Shown here in pieces: positions 1-12,458 of a stretch of DNA of 64,000 bases (position 1 is the first letter of the stretch; every line of letters begins with the position of its first letter). A program made the position numbers and the translations under genes. This stretch comes from Felis catus. Taxonomy: Eukaryota. Where the stretch lies: NCBI RefSeq assembly GCF_018350175.1, contig NC_058368.1, positions 157,792,001 to 157,856,000 on the forward strand, in the 5' to 3' direction. The notes under the pieces are model-generated. The model was not told the DNA's origin. It made no database searches and saw nothing but the letters and a program-made list of their open reading frames with translations.

Positions 1-1102
1 CCTTGTGTCTGAAAGGGTGGGGAACTAGGAGAGCAGAGCTCCCTAGGCCAAAGGGACACAAAGCTTTCCTCTCTGTGGTTTGTCCCCATACATGTAGAGA
101 CACTCATTTATCAGCTCAGCCTTCTCGCAGGTAGACTTTTGGTCACAGCAGGCTCCAGGAGATTACTTGTCTCACTACTGAATTTTCTTTATACGCTTTT
201 TTTAAGTATGTATGAAATTATAGTCTTGAGCTTTCCTTTTTCATACACAAACTAATCATTATGAAACCCAATAATGATCCCTGAGGGAAAAACCACATGG
301 AGCACAAGGGCTCAGACGTGGGGTGAGGGTGTTGGACAACAGACGTCGTTCCCTGACCCGTGGACACAATTCTCTCCAGGGGGTCAGTGCACTGCATTTT
401 TATGACTTGGAACTATTTTTTTTCAGGATATTACACCATAGTTTCCACAAAGCCCAATTGTGTGTTGCAATGCCTATTTTGCATGTGCTATATCACTCCT
501 GAGCCTGAAATCTCAAGGTTTGAGCATCAGGTATTATTGATCTGATGATCTGACTGAAACACAGGAGAGGAAGTTTAAAGGATCAGAAAAATCAAAAACA
601 ATCCATGAGACAAACGGGCTGGTTTTCTCTAATACCTTTGACAAAACTCCTTTAACATGTTATTCTTATGGGTTATGTGACTACTGGATGACTAACTTGA
701 TTATTTGCCTTGCAGTATAATAAGAGTCTGAGGGAGAGGTTTCTTTCAAATATTAGATTTAAACATGATTTATCTCCCAGAAGGTAGAAGATGGATGTAC
801 CTCAACATTTTGCTTTTGAAAGACAAAGCTTTTGGTGCTTTTTAAAGGTTCTTGTTTGTTCTTGGGCCAAAATTAGAACAAGGGAAAGTTCTGGCACGTT
901 TGGCTCTCAGAAAAGGCTGGCATATCTCACTTTTTATTTTATAGATAAATATGCTGTTAGTCAAGCACTCTTTCACATCATAGTGATATAATGTCACTTA
1001 AACATGATCTCTCCCAAAGAAAATTTTAGTTTACCACAGATCAAATCTTCAGGTGAAAGAAAGAAATATCCTGATTATGATTTACCTATGTATTTGTCTG
1101 AT

Positions 1103-1311
1103 CTTTTTTTAATGTCTTATTTTATTTTTGAGAGAGAAAGAGAGAGAGAGAGACAGAGTGTAAGCAGGGGAGGGGCAGAGAGAGAGACAGGGAAACAGAG
1201 AATCTGAAGCAGGCTCTAGGCTCTGAGCTGTCAGCACAGAGCCCAATGCGGGGCTCAAACTCATGAACTGGAACTGTGAGATCATGACCTGAGCGGACAC
1301 CTAGGCGCCCC
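1103..1311 (-). mobile_element. CanSINE (SINEC_Fc-like) with an internal deletion in the tRNA-derived head
   Basis: Poly-T, (GA)n tract and SINE body ending ...ctaggcgcccc; the head lacks about 24 nt, including the A-box region. Confidence 0.9.
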
Positions 1312-1565
1312 GTTTGCTTTTCTTTTTAAGTTTATATTGTACTTTGTTTCAAAACGGAGATTTAAGGCTATTCATCATAGAATAAAAAATAATTAAAAAT
1401 AAATAATTGAGAACATTAGGATGACTTTAATATTGATAATTTTGAGTTTTAGAGGAAAATGGAAAAGAACTGTTTTGTTGTTGTTAGTAACTCTTATTTT
1501 ACCTTGAAATCTTAGGGCAGACATGAGATGGAGTCACCAACTCCACTTATAAAAGACCAATCTTA

Positions 1566-1772
1566 GAGGCGCCTGGGTGTCTCAGTCGGTTAAGCGTCTG
1601 ACTTGGCTCAGGTCAGGATCTCACAGTTCGTGGGTTCGAGCCCTGCGTTGGGCTCTGTGCTGACAGCTCAGAGCCTGGAGCCTGCTTCACATTCTGTGTC
1701 TCCCTCTTTCTCTGCCCCTTCCCTGCTCATGCTGTGTCTCTCTGTCTCAAAAATAAATAAACATTAAAAAAA
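1566..1772 (+). mobile_element. CanSINE (SINEC_Fc-like)
   Basis: tRNA-like head, CT tract, AATAAA and poly-A; perfect TSD AAAAGACCAATCTTA at 1551-1565 and 1773-1787. Confidence 0.95.
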
Positions 1773-1827
1773 AAAAGACCAATCTTACAGCACATCTTAG
1801 ATACTTTATGGTTAAAAGGGTTTTCTT

Positions 1828-2047
1828 GGGGTGCCTGGGTGGCTCAGTTGGTTGAACGTCCGACTTCGGCTCAGGTCATGATCTCACAGTCTGTGGGTTC
1901 GAGCCCAGCCTCGGGCTCTGAGCTGTCAGCACGGAGCCTGGAGCCTGCTTGGGATTCTGTGTCTCCCTCTCTCTCTGACCATCCCCTGCTCATGCTCTGT
2001 CTCTCTCTGTCTCAAAAATAAATAAAAACATTTAAAAAAATAAAATA
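1828..2047 (+). mobile_element. CanSINE (SINEC_Fc-like)
   Basis: Full SINE body; TSD AAAAGGGTTTTCTT at 1814-1827 and 2048-2061. Confidence 0.95.
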
Positions 2048-2904
2048 AAAAGGGTTTTCTTATATTTTTCAGCTTGCTTAAGGCATTTAGTACAGGTTAC
2101 TATTCATGGTTTAGTTCTTTAGTAGCATTCTCGTTGGTTATTTATTAACCTCCCTTTAAAGTACAGCTTAATCGTTCAAGGAAGGTACAAAGTTAATGTT
2201 TCTATTATTCCAAATTATGATAATACATAAGGCCACCGTATAACTTGAAATGCCTCCTAAAACCTAAAATTCATATATGAAATAATTAGCCTGTGGGGAA
2301 CTGACTCTGAATACCATCATTATACAGGGTAATCCCAGAGTAACGGAAAAATGCTGCCCACATTAATGGAATGATCATATGGTACCTGTGTTCCACACAG
2401 TCTATATGTTTCACTGTGACCTCCACCTCCTCCTTCCTCTGTTGCTATTCTTATAAGCATAGGGTGTCAAAGGTGATCAGATATTCACCCAGGGAATCCA
2501 GAAGGAAGAAAACAGTAGATGTCCTCCCCTCTAGAGATATGTCTATTATGCAATTCATCAAGGATGTTTATTGCTTAGGATCCAAAATTCAAACTGAACA
2601 CAGGAGTTCAGTTTTTTTTTTCCCTCCCCATTTGGAGTAATGAAAAAAGTAGCCCTAGAAGACTTGAGTAAGTTTCTAGGTACTATATTTAAAACCAGTA
2701 AGAGACTGGGTCTCTTTCCTGCCCTCCTAGAACCTAGAACAGTTCCTCAACATCATATGTGTTCAGTATCACTTATAAAATGTATGTAAAATGAAATCTC
2801 CCTTCCTAAACCTACTTTTTTTAGTCAATGAGAGCTCTAAGGTATGGGAAATCCTTCAATTTCTACCATGTTGATTAATGGTAAATAAGCTCTTGTTCCT
2901 TCTT

Positions 2905-3110
2905 ATATTGTGTTGGTCAAGGGTGCTCAATTCTGGAATCAAGTTGCCTGAATTCAGAACGTATCTTCACCACTTACTAACTGTGCAAATGTGGAGAAGT
3001 TGCGTAGGTTCTCCACAACCCAGTTTTCTCAGCATAAAAGGGGATGTTAGGAGAAGCAAATGATGCATTAAGTACATAATACGAGATACCCATAGCCTTG
3101 TAAATATTTG
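2905..3110 (+). mobile_element. MIR remnant
   Basis: Resembles the MIR core (ctggaatcaagttgcctgaattc...caccacttactaactgtg...cagttttctcagcataaaa). Confidence 0.6.
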
Positions 3111-3382
3111 ACAGCATGGTATAGCAACTCTAGCCTTGAGAAAGCCTCAAGTCCTATCTGCTGAAAGGAAAATTCTTTGTGTCTAGAAATGATAGGAAGG
3201 TCAAGAAGTTAGAGACAGGTTCCCATTTACCTGTGGCTTTTAAACTCATGTGAAAAATTAGAGGAGCAATAAAAAGGACTGCTTTCCAGAGAGAATTAGG
3301 CAGCTATCCAAAGTATTTTGAGTCAGAAAGAAATATTGATAGATTTCTCTCTTTAAAGCAATTTGTAGAATTATCTCCAATA

Positions 3383-3562
3383 GGGGCGCTTGGGCGGCTC
3401 AGTTGGTTAAGCGTCTAACTCTTGATTTTGGCTCATGTCATGATCTTGTGGTTCTTGGGACTGAACCCCACGTTTGGCTCTGTGCTTGGCATTCTCCCTC
3501 TCCCTCTCTGCCCTTCCCCACTCACTCACCCTCTCTCAAAATAAATAAATAAACAAACACAA
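3383..3562 (+). mobile_element. CanSINE (shorter, older type)
   Basis: Head ggggcgcttgggcggctcag; degenerate TSD TAGAATTATCTCCAATA / TAGAGTTATCTCTAATA. Confidence 0.9.
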
Positions 3563-3639
3563 TAGAGTTATCTCTAATAGAATGAAGAGTTTACAGGTTT
3601 AAAAAAGAAAAATTGTAAAAGGTCTTAAATAGGAGATAT

Positions 3640-3975
3640 TATTTTGAAGTTATTTTTCTTTAACAAACATGCCATTCACTCAACACATATTTATTAAGCA
3701 ACCACCATATGCCAAGCTAATATGTTAGGTTATAGGGAGAAAAAGTGAAAAAGACATGGTGCCTGTTCTAAAGAATTTAGAGACTCTAAATATTCAGATA
3801 AGCAATGCCCTTCAAAATAGTTATCCTGGTTTCCTGCACATTTATTCCAATACTATTGCTCTCAACACCTTCAAACAACACTTGGGTAGTGCCTTCAGAG
3901 TCAATGCCCCAGACACACAGAAACAGCAGTGGCCTCTTCACTTTTTGGAATATTCAGTGGACATTAAAATACCTT
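3640..3975 (-). mobile_element. Ancient mariner-like (MARNA-like) 3' fragment interrupted by L2
   Basis: Minus strand 3849-3808 translates WNKCAGNQDNYFEG, resembling the mariner transposase C-terminus (W.KC....G.YFE). Confidence 0.6.
3673..3789 (-). mobile_element. L2 3' end fragment
   Basis: cattcactcaacacatatttattaagc...acatggtgcctgttctaaagaattta is the typical reverse complement of the L2 3' terminus. Confidence 0.65.
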
Positions 3976-4309
3976 AAATATCTTTGTTGGCTGGTAAATG
4001 CCACAGCTCAGAAACTCCCAAATGCCCACTTATCCCCACTGCTACATTTTGTCTTCCAGGACTCTTTAGAGCAATGCACAACCCAGCTACTAAAAAGTTA
4101 CTATCTGGATCTTGGTTACTGTACTCCAGGACCTTGCTCCAGTAACATCTGTTTTGATTGGCCTGTGTCCTGAAATACCTTTTGTTGGATACTTGGAATA
4201 TCACCCCTAACATAAAGTGTCACACTGTGTTTCCTCAATCCTTCTTTCATATCTACTTCATTCTAGCTGGTACATCCAGGGCCCCATCTCCTAGATTACT
4301 TTTAGCTAT

Positions 4310-4577
4310 CGATGAAGATCACATCCAACTTTAAAAGACAAAATTTGGCTGCCTTTGAAGACATTTCTTTAAAATAAAAAAGGAACAGACTAAAGATAAG
4401 TCCAAAAGAAAGATGCTAAAATTGTTGTGTGCAAAGGCAAATGTCAAGGAAGTTAGCGTGTGGTCTCCCAAGGTGACTACTCAGAGGGGATGACATCATT
4501 TCTTATGTAAATTCTGGTGCTTTTATGAACAAAAACAATAATATCAGGCCAATTACTTTATATTCACACCTTTCATG
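4310..4577 (+). mobile_element. Ancient mariner-like (MARNA-like) 3' fragment
   Basis: 4457-4489 translates RVVSQGDYSEG; ends in TIR-like attactttatattcacacc. Confidence 0.6.
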
Positions 4578-5459
4578 TTAGATCAATGTCTAATTTTAGA
4601 AGAGTTGTATTTTAAACCTTTAGTAAAGGTTTAAACCTGTAGTTAGGAGCATTTTTAAAACTTAGTATATTTTTCCCAGCTAATGTTATCATATAACATG
4701 TTAGCAAAATGTTAATATATAAGGAATATGATAGGCATATTTATTTCAGTAGCATTTTGGAATTCCTAACACCCAGATATAAAAATAAAATAACTGAATA
4801 TCTTTTCCAGTGACAGTAAGATTCAGAATTACTCAAATTTTAAAGTATGGCACAATTATGAAAACAAGAGAAGTTTTTGTTGTGGGCCTTGTGAACTCAG
4901 AAACATATGTTGTTATAAAAATATGCTTATTTTTTAATAGGATTTGTATGATAAGAATCTAAATTTATTTTTATTTGTTATAGGAAACTTGAAAAACAAA
5001 ATCTCAAATCAACAAAAACAAAACAAAACAGAAAGGATTTTCTGAAGACAAAATTATTTATTGGTAGGTAGGACACAATTTTGAAAGAAATGAATATCTG
5101 ATACTTGTGCTAAAGACAGACTGGACTTTAGGTCCCACAGCCTAGAAAATTCATAAATCATTAAATTAATTTAAATTTATATTATATATTATTATTATAT
5201 TATAAATTAACATTATTTATAAATTTATTAAATTTAATTAAATTAAAATTTTTGCTGGTTCAGCTGCTAAATGATTTGTATGAAAATCAGTAGATTTTTT
5301 TCATCATGATAATGGATCCTGTAGATAACATTAATTCATTCTGTAACATTAACCACTGAGCTGAAGTTTATTTGCTGAATGAATGAATGTACAGCTGATC
5401 AAAGGTAGAAATTAACATTTCATTTGGATTGTTTCTCAGGACTTCATTTCTTTGAAAGA

Positions 5460-5860
5460 TAATTTTTATTTATTTTTCATGCAAAAAATAATTATAAGTT
5501 GATAGAAAATTTTCACAAATGAGTAGAATAGAAAGATGACCGATAATTCCCACCATCTGTAAATAACCCTTTGCATTTTTTTTTGTGTCTTGACACCCAT
5601 TTTCTATATATGTGTAGTATAAGTAGAATACACTATATATGTGTTTGATTTACAAAAAAATAAGCACATGCACAACTTTTTCTTTTATATAACATGTTGT
5701 GTTACCTACCCATGTATGCCATTAAGCAGTGTTCTATAATATTACGTTGAGTAACTGCATCATATTCTGCTCTAGGTATGTATCATAATTTATTTCACCG
5801 ATCTTCTGTTATTGAGCATTTAGGTTGGTTTCAGTTTTTTGCCATTGTGTTGTAGAGACA
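5460..5860 (-). mobile_element. Old L1 (L1ME-like) 3' UTR fragment
   Basis: cttctgttattgagcatttaggttggtttcagttttttgccattg motif typical of old L1 3' ends. Confidence 0.55.
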
Positions 5861-5874
5861 TTTGGCTATTCCAA

Positions 5875-6385
5875 AACTATTAAATCATTCTTGTGCTATT
5901 GTTATTCCCTTGGACAGTTAAACTTGTGGATCCTTTCCCAGAATAAGGGTGTTTTTTGTTTTTTTGGATAAAACTATAGGGTTACAGAAGAAACCAATTA
6001 TGTTGATTGAAATAGTTATCAAAATATTTCTTCAATTTATAATATATATTTGATATTATGTATGATATAACATATTATATAATAGGATCTATTGGCACAT
6101 CTAATAACAACCATAATTTTAACTAGTGAAGAACATTAAGTGACTTTTGAGATACTTGAAACAATTAGAATGCAGTATAAAAGTAGCTTTTATGTTCCAT
6201 TTATTTCATTGTAATTTGTTGCTTGCATTAATAATAGGAAATGCTCAATAGAAGTTAATGAATAGAAGTTAATAGAAGCTAATGAAAACAAAGATGAGAT
6301 TTTTTTTCTGCTCCAAAATCACAGATAGCTTGAATTTTATCCATGCATCTCCATAGCCACAAGACCTCAGATTAAGAACGTCTGT
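5875..6385 (+). mobile_element. hAT-Charlie non-autonomous element (Charlie4a-like)
   Basis: gaaaccaattatgttgattgaaatagttatcaaaatattt and the terminal gacctcagattaagaacgtctg resemble the recalled Charlie4a consensus. Confidence 0.5.
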
Positions 6386-7933
6386 TCTTGATTATCAGAC
6401 TTACTTGAAAGTTCTAAATATAGTAATAAGGGAGAAGTAGGTATGTTCCCCAAAGATTAGCAATATGGACTTAAAATAACAAAATGGTACTAACCTTGGT
6501 GAAGCCAATGGAGGTTGAAAATCATAATCTGTAACACAAATAGACCAGGATGATGAGTAATGGTGGAAGAAACCTAGGAGTTGTGGGAAGCTAATTATGA
6601 GTAGGGTTTCAAAGGAATGGAAGAGCAGAGAAAAACCCGGCTATTTCAGGCTTCTAATGAAAAGACATTGTGTTATTGAAAAGGGGAGAGTGAGCTTTTC
6701 TCTTAACTTAGTGAAACCCAAATGTACCAGCCTCAACAACCAATGACTACAAAATATTATCTTATTTCCCCTAAATAACCCAAGTGATGTGAGCTCTGGT
6801 CTCACAGACCAGCCTGATTGCCTCAAAATTGGTACCACTCTCAAATGTTCCACCAACTTTTCCTGTGTTCCAAAGGGTGCCGTTTTGAGGATATGCAGGA
6901 TGGAGCATGTCTTGTGTGTTCTTTCATTTGGGATTTCTGCAAAGCTACCACATGTTGCCTCTGTTGTCAGTGACTTTTATGAAATTGATGTACAAAGATG
7001 TTTAACCATCTTTCCGATCTGGTGTTGGAAGGCAGGGGTCCTTTCTGTACCCTTAGCTACTCAGTCCAAAGCAAAAACCAGTTCTTCTAATTCTACACGG
7101 CAGAGACCAGGCTGCAAGTTTCCACAAACTTCACCCAACATGGGAGTGGACCAGAGTGATGTTGGGAAGTATAATTTATATCTATGGCAGAGCTTCTAGG
7201 ACCAGCCATGTCTCAGGGTGACTAAAGGGATGATTTCTCACTTGCTAGCTCAGTCTGGGAATGTTTAAATTCTCCCAAGAAGCTTCAAGGGAGAAGAGAG
7301 GTTTTCATCTCTCCAGTAAAAGTGCCATTCTCCAGAGTCCCCACATTTCTAGGTCAGACCCCTCCTGGGACTGACACTGGGAATGCCATATGGGGAAGAC
7401 CCTAGTCTACCCACAGAAATTGTCCTATAATTTATTAGTTCAGCATCTAAACAGTCTGAATTATTTACTCCCAAATAACATCATTACTAGGAATTCCAAA
7501 GTACAGCCTGTTTATTTTTTTTGGTTTCTTGTCCAGCATGTGAAGTTCATATCTGCATATAATTTTTATAGTCTTTAAATTCAAGTCTTCTGCAAACAAG
7601 TGCTGTGACAAGGATAAACATCTTCATGTCTTTTACCCATTTTCTAATTGGATGGCTTGTTTTTTCACTGTTGAGTTTTAAGAGTTCTTTATATACCCTA
7701 GTTACCAGTCCTTTGCCAAATATATAATTTGCAAATATTTTCTTACAGTATGTAGCTTGTCTTTTTATCCCATGTGGTCTTTTGCAGAGCAAAAGTTTTC
7801 ATTTTTGTGAGGCCCAATTTATCAGTTTTCCCTCTTATGGATTGTACTTTTGGTGTCAAGCCTAAGAACTCTTTACTTAGACCTCAATCCCAAATATTTT
7901 CTCCTGTTTTTTACTAACAATGAAAAGGTAACA

Positions 7934-8148
7934 GGGGTGCCTGGGTGGCTCAGTCAGTTAAGAGTACAACTCTTGATTCCAGCTCAGGTCACGATCTTAT
8001 GGTTTGTGAGTTTGAGCCCTGCAATGGGCTCTGTGCTGACTGCACTGAGCCTGCTTGGGATTCTCTCTCTCCTCCTCTCTCTGCTCCTCCCCCACTGGTG
8101 CTCATGCTCTAGCTCTCAAAATAAATAAATACACTTTTTTTTTTTAAA
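7934..8148 (+). mobile_element. CanSINE nested in old L1
   Basis: TSD GAAAAGGTAACA at 7922-7933 and 8149-8160. Confidence 0.93.
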
Positions 8149-8604
8149 GAAAAGGTAACAAGATTTTACATTTAAATCCATCATCCATTTTGGGTTAATT
8201 TTGGTATAAAATGTGAGGTTTAGATCAAAGTTCTTATTTATTTACTTTCCTATAGATGTCTAACAGCTCCAGCACCATTGATTGAAAAGACTTTCCTTTT
8301 TTCATTAAATTGCTTTTCACCTTTGTCAAAAGTCAGCTGGACATATTTGTGTGAATCTGTTTCTAGGTTTTCTATTCTTTTCTGTTAATCTGTGTGTCTG
8401 TCACTCCACAAAGACCACACACTTTCATTGTAGCTGCACAATGAATCTTGAAATTGGGTAGATTGATTTCTCCTCCATTATTATTGTTTTAAAATTTTGG
8501 TTTTTTAGCTATTCTAGTTTCTTTGTCTTTTCACATAAATTTTATAAAGAATAAGCTTGCCTGTATCTATAAAAATTCTGTCTGGGAATTGGATTAAACC
8601 TATA

Positions 8605-8920
8605 CCGTTGACCCTTGAACAACATGGGTTTGAACTGCTCATATGCACTTAAACACATTTTTTTTAATAAAGATAGTATAGTACTCTAACTGTATTTTTT
8701 TGGTATGATTTTCTTAATAACATTTTCTCTTCTCCAGTTTACTTTAAGGATATAGTATATAATACATATAGCATAGAAATATTTGTTAATGGTCTCTTTT
8801 TGTTATGGGTTAGGCTTCCTATCAATGGTAAGCTATTTGTGGCTAAGGTTTTGGAAAGTTAAAAGTTGTATGTGGAAGGAATCAGCATCCCTAATTCCTG
8901 CATTGTTCAAGGATCAACTG
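8605..8920. mobile_element. Tigger2-family (Tigger2a/MER28-like) non-autonomous DNA transposon
   Basis: Terminal inverted repeats ccgttgacccttgaacaa and ttgttcaaggatcaactg; preceded by TA and followed by TG; host L1 is continuous across it. Confidence 0.85.
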
Positions 8921-9240
8921 TGTATGAATTTAAGAAGTAACATCTTTACTATGTTGCAATTTCCAGTCCATGAACACAGTATGTCTTTCCATATATCTAA
9001 ATCTGCTTTGATTTCTTTAATCAACATTTTGCCATTTTCATCATACAAATACAAAGACAATACAGTACTATAGTGTTAAATTTACACACAAGTATGTCAT
9101 TTTTTGAATGATTGTAATTGGTATTGTATATTTATAATTTTGGTGTTCATACTTGTACATATAAATGAACTTGATTTTCTGAATGTTAATTTTGTATCAT
9201 GTGACCTTTCTGAATTCACATAGTATTTCTAGAAGTTTTC

Positions 9241-10694
9241 TTTTTTTATCATTTTTAATTTTATTTTTTATTTTTTAAAATTTACATACAAATTAGTTAG
9301 CATATAGTGAAACAATGATTTCAGGAGTAGATTCCTTTAATGTCCCATACCCATTTATCCCATCCCCCCTCCCACAACCCTTCCATCAACCCTCAGTTTG
9401 TTCTCCATATTTATGAGTCTCTTGGGTTTTGTCCCCCTCCCTGTTTTTATATTATTTTTGTTTCCCTTCCCTTATGTTCATCTGTTTCGTCTCCTAAAGT
9501 CCTCATATGAGTGAAGTCATATGATTTTTGTCTTTCTCTGACTAATTTCACTTAGCATAATACCATCCAGTTCCATCCATGTAGTTGCAAATGGCAAGAT
9601 TTCATTCTTTTTGATTGCCGAGTAATACTCCATTGCATGCATATATATATATATATATATATATATACCACATCTTCTTTATCCATTCATCCATCGATGG
9701 ACATTTGGGCTCTTTCCATACTTTGGCTATTGTTGATAGTGCTGCTATAAACATGGGGGTGCATGTGTCCCTTCAAAACAGCACACCTGTATCCCTTGGG
9801 TAAATGCCTAGTAGTGCAATTGCTGGGTCGTAGGGTAGTTCTATTTTTAGTTTTTTGAGGAACCTCCATACTGTTTTCCAGAGTGGCTGCACCAGCTTGC
9901 ATTGCCACCAACAATGCAAAAGAGATCCTCTTTCTCCGCATCCTTGCCAACATCTGTTGTTGCCTGCATTGTTAATGTTAGCCATTCTGACAGGTGTAAG
10001 GTGGTATCTCATTGTGGTTTTGATTTGTATTTCCCTGATGATGAGTGATGTTGAGCATTTTTTCATGAATCGATTGGCCATCTGGATGTCTTCCTTGGAA
10101 AAGTATCTATTCATGTCTTTCACCCATTTCTTCACTGGATTATTTGTTTTTTAGGTGTTGAGTTTGATAAGTTCTTTATAGATTTTAGATACTAACCCTT
10201 TATCTGATATGTCATTTGCAAATATCTTCTCCCATTCTGTCGGTTGCCTTTTAGTTTTGCTGATTGTTTCCTTCGCTGTGCAGGTTTTTATTTTGATGAG
10301 GTCCCAGTAGTTCATTTTTGCTTTTGTTTCCCTTGCCTCCAGAGACATGTAGAGTAAGAAGTTGCTGCGGCCTAGATCAAAGAGGTTTTTGTCTGCTGTC
10401 TCCTCAAGGATTTTGATGGCTTCCTGTTTTACATTGAGGTCTTTCATCCATTTTGAGTTTATTTTTGTGGATGGTGTAAGAAAGTGGTCCAGGTTCATTC
10501 TTCTGCATGTTGCTGTCCAGTTTTCCCAGCACCACTTGCTGAAGAGACTGTCTTTATTCCATTGGATATTCTTTCCTGCTTTGTCAAAGATTAGTTGGCC
10601 ATGGGTTTGTGGGTCCATTTCTGGGTTCTCTATTCTGTTCCATTGATGTGAGTGTCCTTGTGCCAGTACCATACTGTCTTGATGATTAAAGCTT
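9241..10694 (-). mobile_element. 5'-truncated felid L1 (ORF2 C-terminus, 3' UTR, poly-A)
   Basis: ORFs 10151-10672 and 9773-10135 give ORF2 C-terminal motifs, including CWQGCGE...HCWWQC (CCHC); the 3' UTR differs from those of the two full-length copies. Confidence 0.92.
9640..9667. repeat. (TA)n microsatellite inside L1
   Basis: Direct reading. Confidence 0.95.
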
Positions 10695-10872
10695 TTCTTA
10701 TGAATTTCTTGAAATTTTCTATGTAGATAATTATGTTATCTGCAAATTGAGATAGTCTTATTAATCTTTTCTTGTGATCAGTATGCCTTTTAATTCCTTT
10801 TCTTGCTTTATTTTAATGGTTACAACTTCCACTATTATGTTGAATAAGAGTACATATTTCTTTGCCTTATTC

Positions 10873-11091
10873 CTTGTTTAATCTTAAATTTTTTTTTAAT
10901 GTTTATTTATTTTTGAGAGAGACAGTGCGAGCAGAGGAAGGCAGAGATAGAGGGGGACACAGAATCTGAAGCAGGCTTCAGGCTCTGAGCTGTCAGCGAA
11001 GGGCCTGATGAGGTGCTCGAACTCACGAACCATAAGATCATGACCTGAGCCGAAGTTGGATGCTCAACCAACTGAGCCACCCAGGCGCCCC
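10873..11091 (-). mobile_element. CanSINE
   Basis: TSD CTTTGCCTTATTC at 10860-10872 and 11092-11104. Confidence 0.93.
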
Positions 11092-11623
11092 CTTTGCCTT
11101 ATTCGTAATCTTTGAGGGAAGGCAGTTAGCCTTTCATCATTCAGTGTAATATTAAATTCATCAAGTTTAAGAAGTTCCTCTCTATTCCTACGTTTCTGAG
11201 AGTTTCTTTCATGGATGAGTGTTGAATTTTCTCAAATGTTTTTTCTCATCAAATGATATGATCATATAATTTTTTTCTTTAGACTATTAATATGGCAGAT
11301 TGCACTGATTTTCAAATATTGAATTAACCTTACATCTTTGGAATAAACTCTACTTTTTCATGGTATATAATTGTATTTATTGCAGAATTCTAATTGCTAA
11401 CGTTTTCTTAAGGACTTTTACATGTATTTCCATGGGTGATACTAGCCTGTAGTTTTCTTTTCTACACTCACATTGTGTGTTATTTGGTTAATATTAGCTT
11501 CATAAATTTACTTGAGAGGGTTCTCATCTCTTCTGTTTTCTGGGAGATTGTGTAAAATTGGTTTTTAAATTCTCCTATAAATATTTGGAAGAATTCTCTA
11601 GTGAAAACATCTAGGACTGGTGA

Positions 11624-11834
11624 TTTTTTTTAATGTTTTTATCCATTTTTGAGACACAGAGAGACAGAGCATGAGCAGGGGAGGGGCAGAGAGAGGGAGA
11701 CACAGAATCCGAAGCAGGCTCCAGGCTCTGAGCTTTCAGCACACAGCTGGACGTGGGGCTCAAACTCATGGACTGTGAGATCATGACTTGAGCTGAAGTC
11801 GGACACTTAACCAACTGAGCCACCCAGGCACCCC
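11624..11834 (-). mobile_element. CanSINE
   Basis: TSD AGGACTGGTGA / AGGACTGGAGA. Confidence 0.93.
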
Positions 11835-12458
11835 AGGACTGGAGATTTTTTTTTTAGCTTTAATTATTATTATTATTTTTTTAGCTTTTAAGTGATGAAT
11901 CTTTAGATCATGAAATAACCATTTACCGAATAATTGTTGGACAATACAAATTATCTATTTATAGTGGGTTAGTTGTGGTGCTTTGTACTTTTCAAACAGT
12001 TGGTCCATTGCTTGTAAATTGTTAGAATTATGTGTGTCCACTTATTCACAGTATTCCTGTACTATCCAGGGTCTGTAATGATATCCCTTTTAAAATTTCT
12101 GGTATTGGTAATATGTGGCTTATCTTTTATTCCTTTGTCTGTCTTGTTAGAGATTTGTCAATTTTATTGATTTTTTCAGAGAATCAAATTTGTATTTATT
12201 TGTTTATTTATTTTTAATTTTTTTTTTCTTATATGAAATTTATTGTCAAATTAGTTTCCATACAACACCCAGTGCTCATCCCAAAAGCTGCCCTCTTCAA
12301 TGCCCAACACCTACCCTCCCCTCCCTCCCACCCCCCATCAACCCTCAGTTTGTTCTCAGTTTTTAAGAGTCTTTTATGCTTTGGCTCTCTCTCCCACTCT
12401 AACCTCTTTTTTTTCTTTTTTTTCCCTTCCCCTCCCCCATGGCCTTCTGCTAAGTTTC

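Noticed and set aside
1839..2021. Recurrent MAQLV/MAQSV... peptides and tRNA-like heads
   Set aside because: These are translations of CanSINE copies; the heads are tRNA-derived SINE parts, not tRNA genes.
3805..4173. 122-aa ORF with a hydrophobic, signal-like N-terminus
   Set aside because: It begins antisense to a mariner remnant and has no recognisable domain or splice context.
6789..7199. 136-aa ORF in unique-looking DNA
   Set aside because: It has a GTG start and no recognisable homology, and its length is compatible with chance.
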